A stretch of DNA of 64,000 bases, from IMG/VR virus record IMGVR_UViG_3300027749_000073, positions 1 to 64,000 of that record; one strand, 5' to 3'. Below, one piece after another: positions 28,562 to 39,012 of the stretch; positions within the stretch are counted from its first letter, which is position 1, and each line of letters starts with the position of its first letter. The notes beneath the pieces were generated by a model that made no database searches, was not told the origin of the DNA, and worked only from the letters and a program-made list of their open reading frames with translations. A program made the translations under genes and the position numbers. Source of the DNA: a virus.

Positions 28562-29578
28562 ATGTCAAGAATTTTAAAAGTTAACCAAAGTGATTATCGG
28601 GTGCAAGTCCGATCTGGCGGAAATATTACTCTAGATACCGGTGTTGCAGCAGGTGAAGTGCGAGTAACCGGAAATCTAGTAGTTTCGGGAAACTATACGA
28701 CACTCAATGTTTCAGATATGCAAATTGAAGATAACATTATTATCCTTAACAAAGGCGAAACCGGATACGGAGTAACTGAAGGAACTTCAGGTATTCAAAT
28801 CTCACGTGGTGGTCATCTAGCCCAACCTGATGCGCAACTTGTGTTTGACGAAAATGTTTCATTCTACGATCCTATCACTGAATCAGAATTACCCGGAACA
28901 TGGGTATTTAAAAATACTGAAAATCAATTAATTGGTATCTCAGTTAGATCAATCACATCTGACGGAAATAATGATATTGCAATTGACATGCAAAATTCGG
29001 TTTTAACTGTATTTAAGTTAGCAAATGTTGATGCAGACGCATATTCAGATTTATTATTAGCGTTAGATCCAACTGGATATCACGACAACGATATTCCAAC
29101 TAAAAAGTACATTACGCGCTACATGCAATCTGGTGTGTTTACGCCAGGTATGGCTGATGTAGATAAAATTTACAAACGTGACGATATTACACCTTTTACA
29201 GAACGTTCTAGAGTACAAGCGTTTTCAACTAGTATTGATTTTTTAATTAATTCCGGACTAAGTGCAAGACTTGATTCTACTGGATTACAAGTTAACCACA
29301 TTAATATTTTCAACGACACTATATCGAATACCTCAGCAACTCAACTTAAATTATCATCAAGTATTAACCTAGTTGAAGTTGATGCAGTTTTATCATTAAC
29401 TAACCAGTCTACAACTATAACTGCTACTACTTTAAAAAATAAATTATATTCAAAAGCTACAGACGGCCCTGGTCGAACTGGTCTTTATTTTACAAATACA
29501 AACCAGTATAACGGTGCAAATAATAGTGACGAATTAGTAAGCAAAAACAGAGCAGTACTTTTAAGTATGCTTTTTTAA
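28562..29578 (+). CDS. Virion structural/fibre protein
   Basis: VTGNLVVSG..IEDNIIILNKGE..SGIQI.RG fibre-type motif; hydrophobic C-terminus LLSMLF. Confidence 0.7.
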   Translation: MSRILKVNQSDYRVQVRSGGNITLDTGVAAGEVRVTGNLVVSGNYTTLNVSDMQIEDNIIILNKGETGYGVTEGTSGIQISRGGHLAQPDAQLVFDENVSFYDPITESELPGTWVFKNTENQLIGISVRSITSDGNNDIAIDMQNSVLTVFKLANVDADAYSDLLLALDPTGYHDNDIPTKKYITRYMQSGVFTPGMADVDKIYKRDDITPFTERSRVQAFSTSIDFLINSGLSARLDSTGLQVNHINIFNDTISNTSATQLKLSSSINLVEVDAVLSLTNQSTTITATTLKNKLYSKATDGPGRTGLYFTNTNQYNGANNSDELVSKNRAVLLSMLF

Positions 29579-29587
29579 GGATAACAC

Positions 29588-29920
29588 ATGGCAATTTACA
29601 ATACAGCAGTAACATCTTCAAACACTACACTAAGTACCGGAGCAGGTGATCGTGCAATTACAACTCTTATTTTTTGTAACACATCGACTTATGTACCTGC
29701 AACACCTGCATTAAATCAATCATTATTGTATGTGTATGCAGTACCTTCGGGTGGGACTGCCGGAAATGGTAATATTATCGTTAACGGGTTACCGGTACCA
29801 GCAGGCGAAACAGTAAGCTTTGATCAAGAAAAAATAGTGTTAGGTACGGGTGATTTTATAGTAGCAAAAACAGATTCACTGAGCAATATTACTGCTACAG
29901 TTAGTATTTTGGCGGTATAA
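29588..29920 (+). CDS. Small beta-rich virion protein (paralog family with 38306 and 51960)
   Basis: 110 aa; ..LIFCN..VPAGET....EKIVL..GD.I pattern. Confidence 0.7.
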   Translation: MAIYNTAVTSSNTTLSTGAGDRAITTLIFCNTSTYVPATPALNQSLLYVYAVPSGGTAGNGNIIVNGLPVPAGETVSFDQEKIVLGTGDFIVAKTDSLSNITATVSILAV

Positions 29921-29921
29921 C

Positions 29922-30932
29922 ATGAGATATTTACGTAAACAAGTTTTAAATCGTAGAGCACCGTGGGATCAACGATTATATGTTAATCTTGATGATGCAG
30001 TTGTAATGACCTCAACAAACAACGTAACATTGCCATCCGGTACTACTGCGCAACGACCAGTTAGCCCAGTTAACGGTATGATAAGATACAATACTGACAT
30101 TGTTACCGGCGGTGAAATCGAAGTGTATCAAGCTAGTCAGTGGCGCAGTTTAAGATTTAAAGAACCTACATTAATTACACAGCAAAGTTTAGGTGCCGGC
30201 GATAGTAACAATATATATTTTGGTCCGCTAAATCCTGCACCGCCGACTACCGTACAAAGCAATACAACTTGGGGCGGCCAAAATCTTCTAGTTATAGTTG
30301 AAAATGTAATTCAACTTGCAAACACTAATTACGCAATTGTTCAAAATCCGACTACAATTCCAGCCGAAGTATATACCGGAACACTAAGTAAAGCAGCAAT
30401 ATTAGGTGATACTACTTTGTATTTTAACACTAGTTTAGTAGCAACAGGAGCAACAGGAGCAAGCGGAACTGTAACAATTACCTTTACTAATCGACCTGCA
30501 GCAGTATCGTTTGCAGTTGGATCAACAATTGTTGTTACTGGATTCATACCAACTTCTTATAATGGGACATTTACTGTAACTGGCTCAACGACAAGTTCTG
30601 TAAGCTATGCAAACGCAACTACTACAACTGCAACATTTGCAGGTACAGTATCAAGCAGTAATACAATCTATACTTCAGTTGATTTGACTAGCGCAGTTGC
30701 ATCTGGCCAAGCAAGCATTCCTACCGGTGACACTATTACATCTTTTGTTGCTGATGCAAACACTGATGCGCTAATTAGTATAACTTTAAGCAGTTCTGTA
30801 GGTGTAACTGCAGGTAATTCTAGTATCACTCTTACGAAAAGTAGTTATACAGGAACTGGCTACTATCTAAAATTCAGTTCGCCAGTTCCGCTAGGTAAAA
30901 TGGTAACAGTATTACACGGTTTTGACAAATAA
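29922..30932 (+). CDS. Virion fibre protein
   Basis: LPSGTTAQRP...GMIRYNT motif (Mtd-N-like), Thr-rich insert. Confidence 0.7.
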   Translation: MRYLRKQVLNRRAPWDQRLYVNLDDAVVMTSTNNVTLPSGTTAQRPVSPVNGMIRYNTDIVTGGEIEVYQASQWRSLRFKEPTLITQQSLGAGDSNNIYFGPLNPAPPTTVQSNTTWGGQNLLVIVENVIQLANTNYAIVQNPTTIPAEVYTGTLSKAAILGDTTLYFNTSLVATGATGASGTVTITFTNRPAAVSFAVGSTIVVTGFIPTSYNGTFTVTGSTTSSVSYANATTTTATFAGTVSSSNTIYTSVDLTSAVASGQASIPTGDTITSFVADANTDALISITLSSSVGVTAGNSSITLTKSSYTGTGYYLKFSSPVPLGKMVTVLHGFDK

Positions 30933-30941
30933 GGAACCACA

Positions 30942-33900
30942 ATGGGTATAGAAATGGGTAGAATTAGCGGCCAGCTATTATCAGAAAATCTGGTAAGAAA
31001 CGGCGAAAACTTAGCGTTTGATACTACGCTATTATATCTTGATGTTAATTCTGGTTTCGTTGGAATTGGTACTGATTCTCCTACCCGTTCAATTACTGTC
31101 GGTGGTACTTCAAATATTGATAACATTCTTGTTACTACGCAAGCTGATTTTACTTCGCTGACTTTTGTTTCAAATAAAATTCAAAATGTTAGTGGTAACA
31201 TTGTTATTAGTCCTAACCAATCAGTTAATCCGATTGTAACAGTTCGAGAATTACAAACTGCAAATCTAAGTTTTACTAATCAAAAAATTGAAAACTTAGT
31301 TACTAATAGTGACATTAACATTGCAGCAAACGGTACTGGACAAGTTAAATTTTATGCACCTATTGTTAATGTTAATGGAACTTTACATTCTACAGGTGAT
31401 ATTACCTGGGACGGTACTATTACCATCGGTAATGATAACACTGATAGTGTTACATTTAAAGCTGATGTTACAAGTAACATTATTTCAGATGTTAACAACA
31501 CCTACGAATTAGGTTCAGTAAGTAGATTTTGGAAAACGTTATATTCTGTAAATTTAAACTCAACAACAGTTACTACTCCACTAATCACTGCAAATAATAT
31601 TAATCTGCTGTTGACACAAGGACATACCATTTATGTTTCAGTTAATGGCAGTGACAGTAACTATGGAAATCTTTTACATTCGACATATAGAACTTTAAAA
31701 TTTGCACTAAGTGTTGCACAAACCGGTGATGAAGTTGTAATTTTTCCCGGTACTTATACCGAAGTTTTTCCGTTAACAATTCCACAAGGTGTATGTGTGC
31801 GTGGTACCAGTACCCGTTCGGTAATTATTAAACCAACAAATGATACAAATAACAAAGACGCATTTCTATTAAATGGCGATACTACAGTATCTTTCTTAAC
31901 TGTTCAAGATTATTTTTTCGATAGTGCTAACAACACAGGGTATGCATTTAGGTTTGCTAGCAATTTTAAATCATTGTCCCGCAGCCCGTATATTCAAAAT
32001 GTTACAATTTTAACCAAAGGATCAGTAACATCAAATAGTGATCCTTTAGGATTTAATCAAGGTGATGCTGGAGCAGGTATCCTTGTTGACGGTAGTGTTG
32101 CTAATTCAACAGGTACAATTGTACCGACAATGTTATTTTTTGCAATTACTTTGGTAACGCCAAATCAAAATGGTATAACAGCTAAGAATGGTGTTAGAGT
32201 TGAATGGTTAAATTCATTTACCTATTTTGCAAGCAAAGGTATTTACTTAACAAACGGTACTAGTGGATTTGCTAATCTAGGTGTAAAATTTGGCGCTGAA
32301 CTGCGAAGTATCAATAGTGCAAACATCTACGGTAACTACGGTGCAGTTGCAGACGGTGCAAGTACTATTGGTTATCTCGTTGGTCATAATTTTAGTTATA
32401 TAGGATCAGGGTTAGATTCATCAAACGATAGCTCATTAACTATTCAAGCCAATGAAATTGTTGCAACAAATAATGCACAATTATTATACGAAAGTGTTGA
32501 TCAACAAGGTGACTTTCGTATCGGTGATATTTTTTACGTTAACCAAGAAACTGGCATTGTTTCATTTAATGCACAAAGCCTAAATTTTAATGCTTCAGGC
32601 GGACTTGTTTTTGAAAGCCAATACGGTATCACTAGCATTACTCCTCGGGGAGTTCAAACCGGAAATATTCGTTTCGAAAATAACACTATTATTTCACTTC
32701 TTGGCCCTGTTAATGCATTTGCAAAATCAGGATCAACGCGATTAAACACTAATGTATTTGTAACCGGTTTAGTTAACGTTAGCAATGATGTTAATGTTAA
32801 AGGCAATTTAACATTAGGTAACGAAACAACAGACACTATTGCAGTAACTCCAAATCTTACACAGTTAATTAAACCCAACCAAAATAATACTTTTGCACTA
32901 GGACGTAAAGGTGCCGATCCTAAAGTTTGGAACACATTATTTTTAAAGTTAATTGATGTTGACAGTGTTACTCAAATAACTAACAACACTATTTCAACAT
33001 TAACAGCTAATACTGATTTACAGCTGGTTGCATCTGGAACTGGAAAAATACAAGTTTCTACAACTGATGTTCAAATTGATAACAATCTTACAGTTGCAGG
33101 AACAACTACTATCAATGGAAGTAGTTCATTAAAAAATGTAACTGCAGTTGGAACAACAACGATCACAGGTGCGATTAACCAAACAGGCAATACTGGTATT
33201 ACAGGTTTGTTTTCAAATAATAATATTATTATAACTGAGTCAACATCGTATTTTCAAGTTCCTAGTATTAAATTACAAACTAATAAAATTTCCGCAACAT
33301 TATTAAACAGTGATATTGCTTTTTCTGCTAACGGGCTAGGCGGTGTAGTACTAGACAGTAAATTAAAAATCACTGATTCTACAATTAGTAATCGATGGGC
33401 TAGTGCTACTACTGATTCTCAAAAAAGTATAATATTTTCACCTAATGGCACAGGAAATACAGTAATCAATACTACTAGATTTTTAACTATTCCATATGCA
33501 AATGATAGTAATCGAGTTCTATCAACTTACGGCGAGGTGCGACAAAACTCAACAACTACATGGTACGAAGGTTACTTGCCTTCTGGTAATGTTAGTTTTA
33601 ATAATCTTTATGATTTCGATAAAAATACATATATTACCGCAGAGCTAACTCCAGGTACCGATGATAAAATTTTAAGATTTGGAATCGACGGATCTGTGCG
33701 TGCAACTATTGATTCATCCAAATTAACAACTAGTTTGGTTAATATTGACAATGTTCAATTAACTTCAAACAATATTAGTAACACGCTAGCTTCAAACGAT
33801 TTAGAATTTTTACCTAACGGAACAGGGAACACTAGTATTAACGGTGTGTTTGTCAAAGGTTCAAAAGTTATCAATCAATTAAACACTCCTTTAATTTTTA

Positions 33901-34139
33901 CAAATACAGGCACCGGATATGTTAAATTTGACGGTACGTACGGTATAGTAATTCCTGTTGGATCTGATTTACAACGACCTGTTTCAGCTGAAACAGGCGA
34001 AATCCGTTACAGCACTACCCATAGTTATGTCGAAGTGTTTGATGGCACTTCCTGGGCAATCTCAACTGGTGTATCTGGTAATATTTCCGAAAACGATGTA
34101 ACTGAAATTATGAACTTCTGGAGCATCATCCTAGGCTAA
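30942..34139 (+). CDS. Long tail fibre/spike protein with pectin-lyase-like beta-helix
   Basis: MGRISG.LL.ENL.R.G.NLAF head; YVS.NGSD...PGTY.E.FPL.IPQG beta-helix start; NGTG repeats; C-terminal IPVG...RP...GEIRY. Confidence 0.75.
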   Translation: MGIEMGRISGQLLSENLVRNGENLAFDTTLLYLDVNSGFVGIGTDSPTRSITVGGTSNIDNILVTTQADFTSLTFVSNKIQNVSGNIVISPNQSVNPIVTVRELQTANLSFTNQKIENLVTNSDINIAANGTGQVKFYAPIVNVNGTLHSTGDITWDGTITIGNDNTDSVTFKADVTSNIISDVNNTYELGSVSRFWKTLYSVNLNSTTVTTPLITANNINLLLTQGHTIYVSVNGSDSNYGNLLHSTYRTLKFALSVAQTGDEVVIFPGTYTEVFPLTIPQGVCVRGTSTRSVIIKPTNDTNNKDAFLLNGDTTVSFLTVQDYFFDSANNTGYAFRFASNFKSLSRSPYIQNVTILTKGSVTSNSDPLGFNQGDAGAGILVDGSVANSTGTIVPTMLFFAITLVTPNQNGITAKNGVRVEWLNSFTYFASKGIYLTNGTSGFANLGVKFGAELRSINSANIYGNYGAVADGASTIGYLVGHNFSYIGSGLDSSNDSSLTIQANEIVATNNAQLLYESVDQQGDFRIGDIFYVNQETGIVSFNAQSLNFNASGGLVFESQYGITSITPRGVQTGNIRFENNTIISLLGPVNAFAKSGSTRLNTNVFVTGLVNVSNDVNVKGNLTLGNETTDTIAVTPNLTQLIKPNQNNTFALGRKGADPKVWNTLFLKLIDVDSVTQITNNTISTLTANTDLQLVASGTGKIQVSTTDVQIDNNLTVAGTTTINGSSSLKNVTAVGTTTITGAINQTGNTGITGLFSNNNIIITESTSYFQVPSIKLQTNKISATLLNSDIAFSANGLGGVVLDSKLKITDSTISNRWASATTDSQKSIIFSPNGTGNTVINTTRFLTIPYANDSNRVLSTYGEVRQNSTTTWYEGYLPSGNVSFNNLYDFDKNTYITAELTPGTDDKILRFGIDGSVRATIDSSKLTTSLVNIDNVQLTSNNISNTLASNDLEFLPNGTGNTSINGVFVKGSKVINQLNTPLIFTNTGTGYVKFDGTYGIVIPVGSDLQRPVSAETGEIRYSTTHSYVEVFDGTSWAISTGVSGNISENDVTEIMNFWSIILG

Positions 34140-34153
34140 TCTGCTAATTGCGA

Positions 34154-34261
34154 TAAATACTTTTACTGCTGGGATTAGACCAAAGATCCTACGAGACGAA
34201 ACTGTGGTAAACCCGCAATGTAAGGTGGTTAGCCGTGAAACGCGGTGGTTAAGGAGAGTAT
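34154..34261 (+). promoter_or_regulatory. Late promoter plus GC-rich structured leader
   Basis: TAAATA 34154-34159, about 100 nt leader with several helices, SD AAGGAG 34251-34256. Confidence 0.55.
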
Positions 34262-37200
34262 ATGGCTGTTGGTCGAATTTCTGGTCCGCTCTTAAAAGCA
34301 AACCTTCTTCGCGACGGTGTGAATTTAGCTTTTGAGACCGACTTATTATTTTTAGATGTAGTAAACGGGCGGATAGGCATTAAGACAGCATCGCCACAAT
34401 ACACACTTGACGTTAATGGTACAACTCGTACTACAAATCTTCAAACAACAACTCAAGCAAATATTGCTTCGTTTACATTTAGTACAAATACTATTGCAAG
34501 CACTAACAGCATTATTAGTTTAGAGCCATCTGGCTCAAACTCTGTTGTTTATCAAAGTAAAGTTTTAGTTAATAATAATCTTCAACTTTATACAAACAGT
34601 ATTCAAACAACTACTACTAATTCTGATTTAGAAATTAGAACCAATGGTACTGGCCAAGTTAATATTAATTCAAACGTCTATGTCACAGGTAATGTGCATG
34701 CAACCGGCAATATTACTGCTGATGGAAATATTACTATTGGTGATGCAAATACTGATGGTGTTACTTTTAACGCAGATATTACAAGTAATATTATTCCGGA
34801 TGTTACCAATTTTTATGACCTAGGAAGTGATCCTACAGCTAGCGGAAAAGCATGGAAAACATCATACATTACAGATGTTAAAACTACAAATATTACCACT
34901 GCTGGCATTACTGCTAATGGCGTTAACCTAGTTTTACCTCAAGGTAATATCCGATATGTTGCAACTACCGGTAGCGATTCGAACGCAGGCGTCCATGAAC
35001 ACAATCCGTATTTAACGTTAAAATATGCACTAAGCCAAGCACAAAGCGGTGATACTATTGTCATATATCCAGGAACATACTCTGAAATATTTCCTTTAAC
35101 GATTCCGCAAGGAGTAACGGTTAAAGGAACAGGAGTTCGTGCGGTTAATATTACGCCTACTGTTGGCACAATTGACAAAGATGCGTTTTTATTAAACGGC
35201 GAAGTTACTATCGAAGATTTAACTATTAGTGGGTTTAGATTTAATTCAACTAATAATACCGGGTATGGTTTTAGATTTGCTAGCAATTTCTTAGTCACTA
35301 CTCGCAGTCCATATATTAGAAATGTAACAGTAATTACAAAAGGATCAACTACATCTACTGCTGATCCATATGGGTTTGACAGCAATGATGCAGGTAAAGG
35401 TGCATTATTAGACGGTAGTGTTGCAAATGTAAACAGTAAAGAAGCTACTGGTTTATTCCATTCTGTAACTTTTATTACACCTAACCAAGAAACATTGATT
35501 GCAACTAATGGTGTCAGGATTGAATGGTTAAATTCATTCACTTACTTCGCAGATATTGGCATATACGCATACAGCGGGACTACAGGTTTTGCAGGTGCAG
35601 GTCAAACACGTCTTAGAATCGATACACGCACCGGAACATGGGCAACTGGTAACACAGTAACATACTATGATACTAATGGAACTACTGTTTTAGGAACAGG
35701 TACAATTGCAAGTATTACTGGAAACTATGTTAACTTAACTGGAAAATGTATTGGTTTTCAAACAATTTCTAATAGAACAAGTAAGTTAATTTATCCAAGT
35801 GGTAATGCATCTTTATCGACTGCTCAAAAGAAATTTGGTACAGCAAGTCTTGCATTGGACGGCACTGGCGATTTTATCACAGTTGCATCGCAGCCTGATT
35901 TTGAATTTGGCACAGGTGATTTCTGCGTTGAAATGTGGATCTATAGAACCGGAAGTCCTGGTGTTAATCAAATCTTAGCCGATTTTCGTTCATCGACACC
36001 GCAGATTGTTCCGACATTTTATTTAAGTACAACATATTACCCTTCGTTAGTTGTTAACGGTGCAACTGTTATTACTGGCACTACCGCTGCTGCATTAAAT
36101 ACATGGACACACGTTGCACTATCTAAAAGTGGAACTAGTACTAAGATTTTTATTAACGGTACTCAAACCGGATCTACATACACCGATACTAATACCTATG
36201 TTCAAGGACCTGTTACTATTGGTGCGCGTTTTGATAATACTACTGCATTCTTTGGCTACATCGACGATGTGAGAATCAGTAAAGGTGTTCCGAGATACAC
36301 CAGTACATTTACAGTACCGGCTGCTGCATTAAGTGGCGATTTAAGCACTGTTCTTTTGCTACATTTTAATGGCACAAATGGTTCAACAACTATTTTAGAT
36401 GACGGTGTTACACTTCAAGATTTAAGAACAAGCGCAGGCGGCACTGCTACTATAATCAATCACGCAGATTATTCTGATTTTGCTGCTGAAATTCGAGCAA
36501 TCGGCAGTGCAAATATTTACGGTAACTATGGCATCAAAGGTGACGGCGATGGTGTTGTTATATACTTAATCTCACATAATTTATCGTATGTTGGCTCAGG
36601 AAAATCTAGTATTAATAACCCTAGCGAACGCATTGATGCCAATGAAATTACAAAATTAAATCGTGCTAAAATCTATTTTTCCTATGTTGACAATGACGGT
36701 AACTTTAACGTAGGCGACAAGTTTTCTGTTAATCAAAAAACAGGAGATGTAACATTTAACGGCCAGACAGTTAACGTTACATCGTTGACCGGTGTAACTT
36801 TTACCGATGGCACACATACTACATCAGTAACTGCTCAAGAAATTGATACTGGCAATCTTAGAATTAGCGGTAACACTATCGAAAGTATTACAGGTGATGT
36901 AAACGTTACTGCAGCAAGTGGTGCAATTAATCTACAAAATAATACCTACGTTTCTGGTAATTTAGATGTTACAGGAAATGTAACTATTGGCGGAAATATC
37001 ACTATCGGTGATCAAACTACAGACACGGTTAGTTTTATTGCAGGTATTAACAGTGATTTAATTCCATCAACTACTGCTACATATAACCTAGGAACAACAA
37101 GTTTACGTTGGAATAATGCGTATCTAAGTAGAGTTGAAATTGACAATTTAGTCATTGACAGCAACACGATTAGCACTACAAATGCTAATGATGATCTTCA

Positions 37201-38302
37201 ACTTATTGCAAACGGCACCGGAAGAATTTACATTCCTAGTAGCAGTGTTCAAATTGATCAGAATTTAACAGTTACTAATAACCTAACAGTAACAACCGGA
37301 ACTACCTATTTAAAAAGCGCAGGAGTTACTGGTACAATTACACAAACTGGTGACATTAACCAAACTGGCAATTTTACAACTAGCGGCAATACAAGTGTTA
37401 CTGGGAATATTACTGGTACTGGTTACCTGCAATTACCGCAAATTACAATTTCAGGTAACACTGTCCAAACTACAGTTACAGACACTGATTTGGAATTACA
37501 AGCAAATGGTACAGGGAATGTTATTATTGAAGGAATCAAAGTTCAAGATAACATCATCCAAAGTATTGTTGCTAACTCTAATATTACACTTACGCCTCAA
37601 GGCACAGGCGGCGTAATAATTAACAGTACTCAAAGCTTACAAATACCAGTAGGTACAACTGCCCAACGTCCTGGAACTCCTACTAATGGCATGGTGCGGT
37701 ATAATACTTCTTTGTTGAGATACGAAGGATACAACAATGGTTATTGGTTACAACTTAGTGGTGTTATCGATAACAGCGGCAACACTAGGATTTTAGCAGA
37801 AGCAACTCCCGGTGCAAATGATAATATTTTATATTTTTATGCTAACAATAATTTAACTGCTACAATTGACAGTACAAAATTATTCACGCAACGATTACAA
37901 ACTAGCAACTTAGATATTAATAATAACACTATTAGTTCAATAACTACAAACAGTGATATTAATTTAACTGCAACCGGGACTGGTCGTATTAGGTTTGGAA
38001 ATCTAGCAGTAAGCAGCAACACAATTGCTAATATTGTTACTGATGCAATTACAGATTTCTCACAGGCAGGGACAGGTTACGTTAAATTTAGTGGCACCTA
38101 TGGTGTCGTAATTCCTAGTGGTAATACTGCAACCGATCGCCCACCTGTAACTGAAACCGGTATGATACGATTTAATACAGTCGACAAAGGTGTCGAAGTC
38201 TTTAACGGTATTTCATGGGGTAGTGTTGCAGGTAGTGCTAACGGAGTGTCAGCATCAACTGCAAATGATATTGGGTTAGCATCTGCATTAATTTTTGGAT
38301 AA
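34262..38302 (+). CDS. Long fibre/spike protein (paralog of 30942) with added LamG/concanavalin-like lectin domain
   Basis: Same architecture as 30942 plus KFGTASL..DG..DF..EFGTGDFCVEMW...WTHVAL...GYIDDVRISKG LamG domain. Confidence 0.8.
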   Translation: MAVGRISGPLLKANLLRDGVNLAFETDLLFLDVVNGRIGIKTASPQYTLDVNGTTRTTNLQTTTQANIASFTFSTNTIASTNSIISLEPSGSNSVVYQSKVLVNNNLQLYTNSIQTTTTNSDLEIRTNGTGQVNINSNVYVTGNVHATGNITADGNITIGDANTDGVTFNADITSNIIPDVTNFYDLGSDPTASGKAWKTSYITDVKTTNITTAGITANGVNLVLPQGNIRYVATTGSDSNAGVHEHNPYLTLKYALSQAQSGDTIVIYPGTYSEIFPLTIPQGVTVKGTGVRAVNITPTVGTIDKDAFLLNGEVTIEDLTISGFRFNSTNNTGYGFRFASNFLVTTRSPYIRNVTVITKGSTTSTADPYGFDSNDAGKGALLDGSVANVNSKEATGLFHSVTFITPNQETLIATNGVRIEWLNSFTYFADIGIYAYSGTTGFAGAGQTRLRIDTRTGTWATGNTVTYYDTNGTTVLGTGTIASITGNYVNLTGKCIGFQTISNRTSKLIYPSGNASLSTAQKKFGTASLALDGTGDFITVASQPDFEFGTGDFCVEMWIYRTGSPGVNQILADFRSSTPQIVPTFYLSTTYYPSLVVNGATVITGTTAAALNTWTHVALSKSGTSTKIFINGTQTGSTYTDTNTYVQGPVTIGARFDNTTAFFGYIDDVRISKGVPRYTSTFTVPAAALSGDLSTVLLLHFNGTNGSTTILDDGVTLQDLRTSAGGTATIINHADYSDFAAEIRAIGSANIYGNYGIKGDGDGVVIYLISHNLSYVGSGKSSINNPSERIDANEITKLNRAKIYFSYVDNDGNFNVGDKFSVNQKTGDVTFNGQTVNVTSLTGVTFTDGTHTTSVTAQEIDTGNLRISGNTIESITGDVNVTAASGAINLQNNTYVSGNLDVTGNVTIGGNITIGDQTTDTVSFIAGINSDLIPSTTATYNLGTTSLRWNNAYLSRVEIDNLVIDSNTISTTNANDDLQLIANGTGRIYIPSSSVQIDQNLTVTNNLTVTTGTTYLKSAGVTGTITQTGDINQTGNFTTSGNTSVTGNITGTGYLQLPQITISGNTVQTTVTDTDLELQANGTGNVIIEGIKVQDNIIQSIVANSNITLTPQGTGGVIINSTQSLQIPVGTTAQRPGTPTNGMVRYNTSLLRYEGYNNGYWLQLSGVIDNSGNTRILAEATPGANDNILYFYANNNLTATIDSTKLFTQRLQTSNLDINNNTISSITTNSDINLTATGTGRIRFGNLAVSSNTIANIVTDAITDFSQAGTGYVKFSGTYGVVIPSGNTATDRPPVTETGMIRFNTVDKGVEVFNGISWGSVAGSANGVSASTANDIGLASALIFG

Positions 38303-38305
38303 ACA

Positions 38306-38635
38306 ATGGCTACATTTTTAAGAACAACAGTAAAGAAAAATATCGGAACTACTCCGATCACTGTATTAACAGCAGGTGCAACTAGTAGTTTTACGATTAT
38401 CGGGTGTAATTTATCAAATACAACAGACTACGATGTTATTGTTAACATAACAATTACTGATGCTACTAGTGTAACCGGTAGCTATGTATCTGCACTAACA
38501 ATACGACCGTACAATAGCGCAAAGATAATCACTAACGGTGAAAAATTAATATTAGCAAGTACTTGCACGATGACAATAACTAGTGATACAGATAACAGTA
38601 TCGATGCAATAATAAGTTATGCTGAAGTAATATAA
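38306..38635 (+). CDS. Small beta-rich virion protein
   Basis: 109 aa; IIGCNLSN..I.PYNS....GEKLIL; paralog of 29588 and 51960. Confidence 0.7.
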   Translation: MATFLRTTVKKNIGTTPITVLTAGATSSFTIIGCNLSNTTDYDVIVNITITDATSVTGSYVSALTIRPYNSAKIITNGEKLILASTCTMTITSDTDNSIDAIISYAEVI

Positions 38636-38644
38636 GGAATTACA

Positions 38645-39001
38645 ATGAGTAATTATTTTTTAGGTAATGAAAAATCTGATATCATAGGTGATAGTGCAAC
38701 ATATTTGTACGGATTACGCAGAACAGATGATGGTGAATTATATTTTGCAAGAGTAAATCAACTAAGCAGAAGCGATTCAATACAAATTAACAAAGAGGGC
38801 GATCCTTCTGAAAATTATCCTGATTTTGAAATGGATGTTGATTTTTTTGAAGGTAGAGATGTGTATCATAATTTAACTTACAAAAACTTAAATTATGAAC
38901 AATATCGGTGGGAAGACAGAAACATATATTACTATATTGATAGTTCAGGCAATTTAGTAATGCGGACTGACACTAAATATCAGTATCCAACTGGAATATA
39001 A
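38645..39001 (+). CDS. Hypothetical virion protein
   Basis: 118 aa, SD AAGGA, YGLRRTDDGELY..YEQYRW..YYYID. Confidence 0.7.
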   Translation: MSNYFLGNEKSDIIGDSATYLYGLRRTDDGELYFARVNQLSRSDSIQINKEGDPSENYPDFEMDVDFFEGRDVYHNLTYKNLNYEQYRWEDRNIYYYIDSSGNLVMRTDTKYQYPTGI

Positions 39002-39012
39002 CGAGGTAAGAA

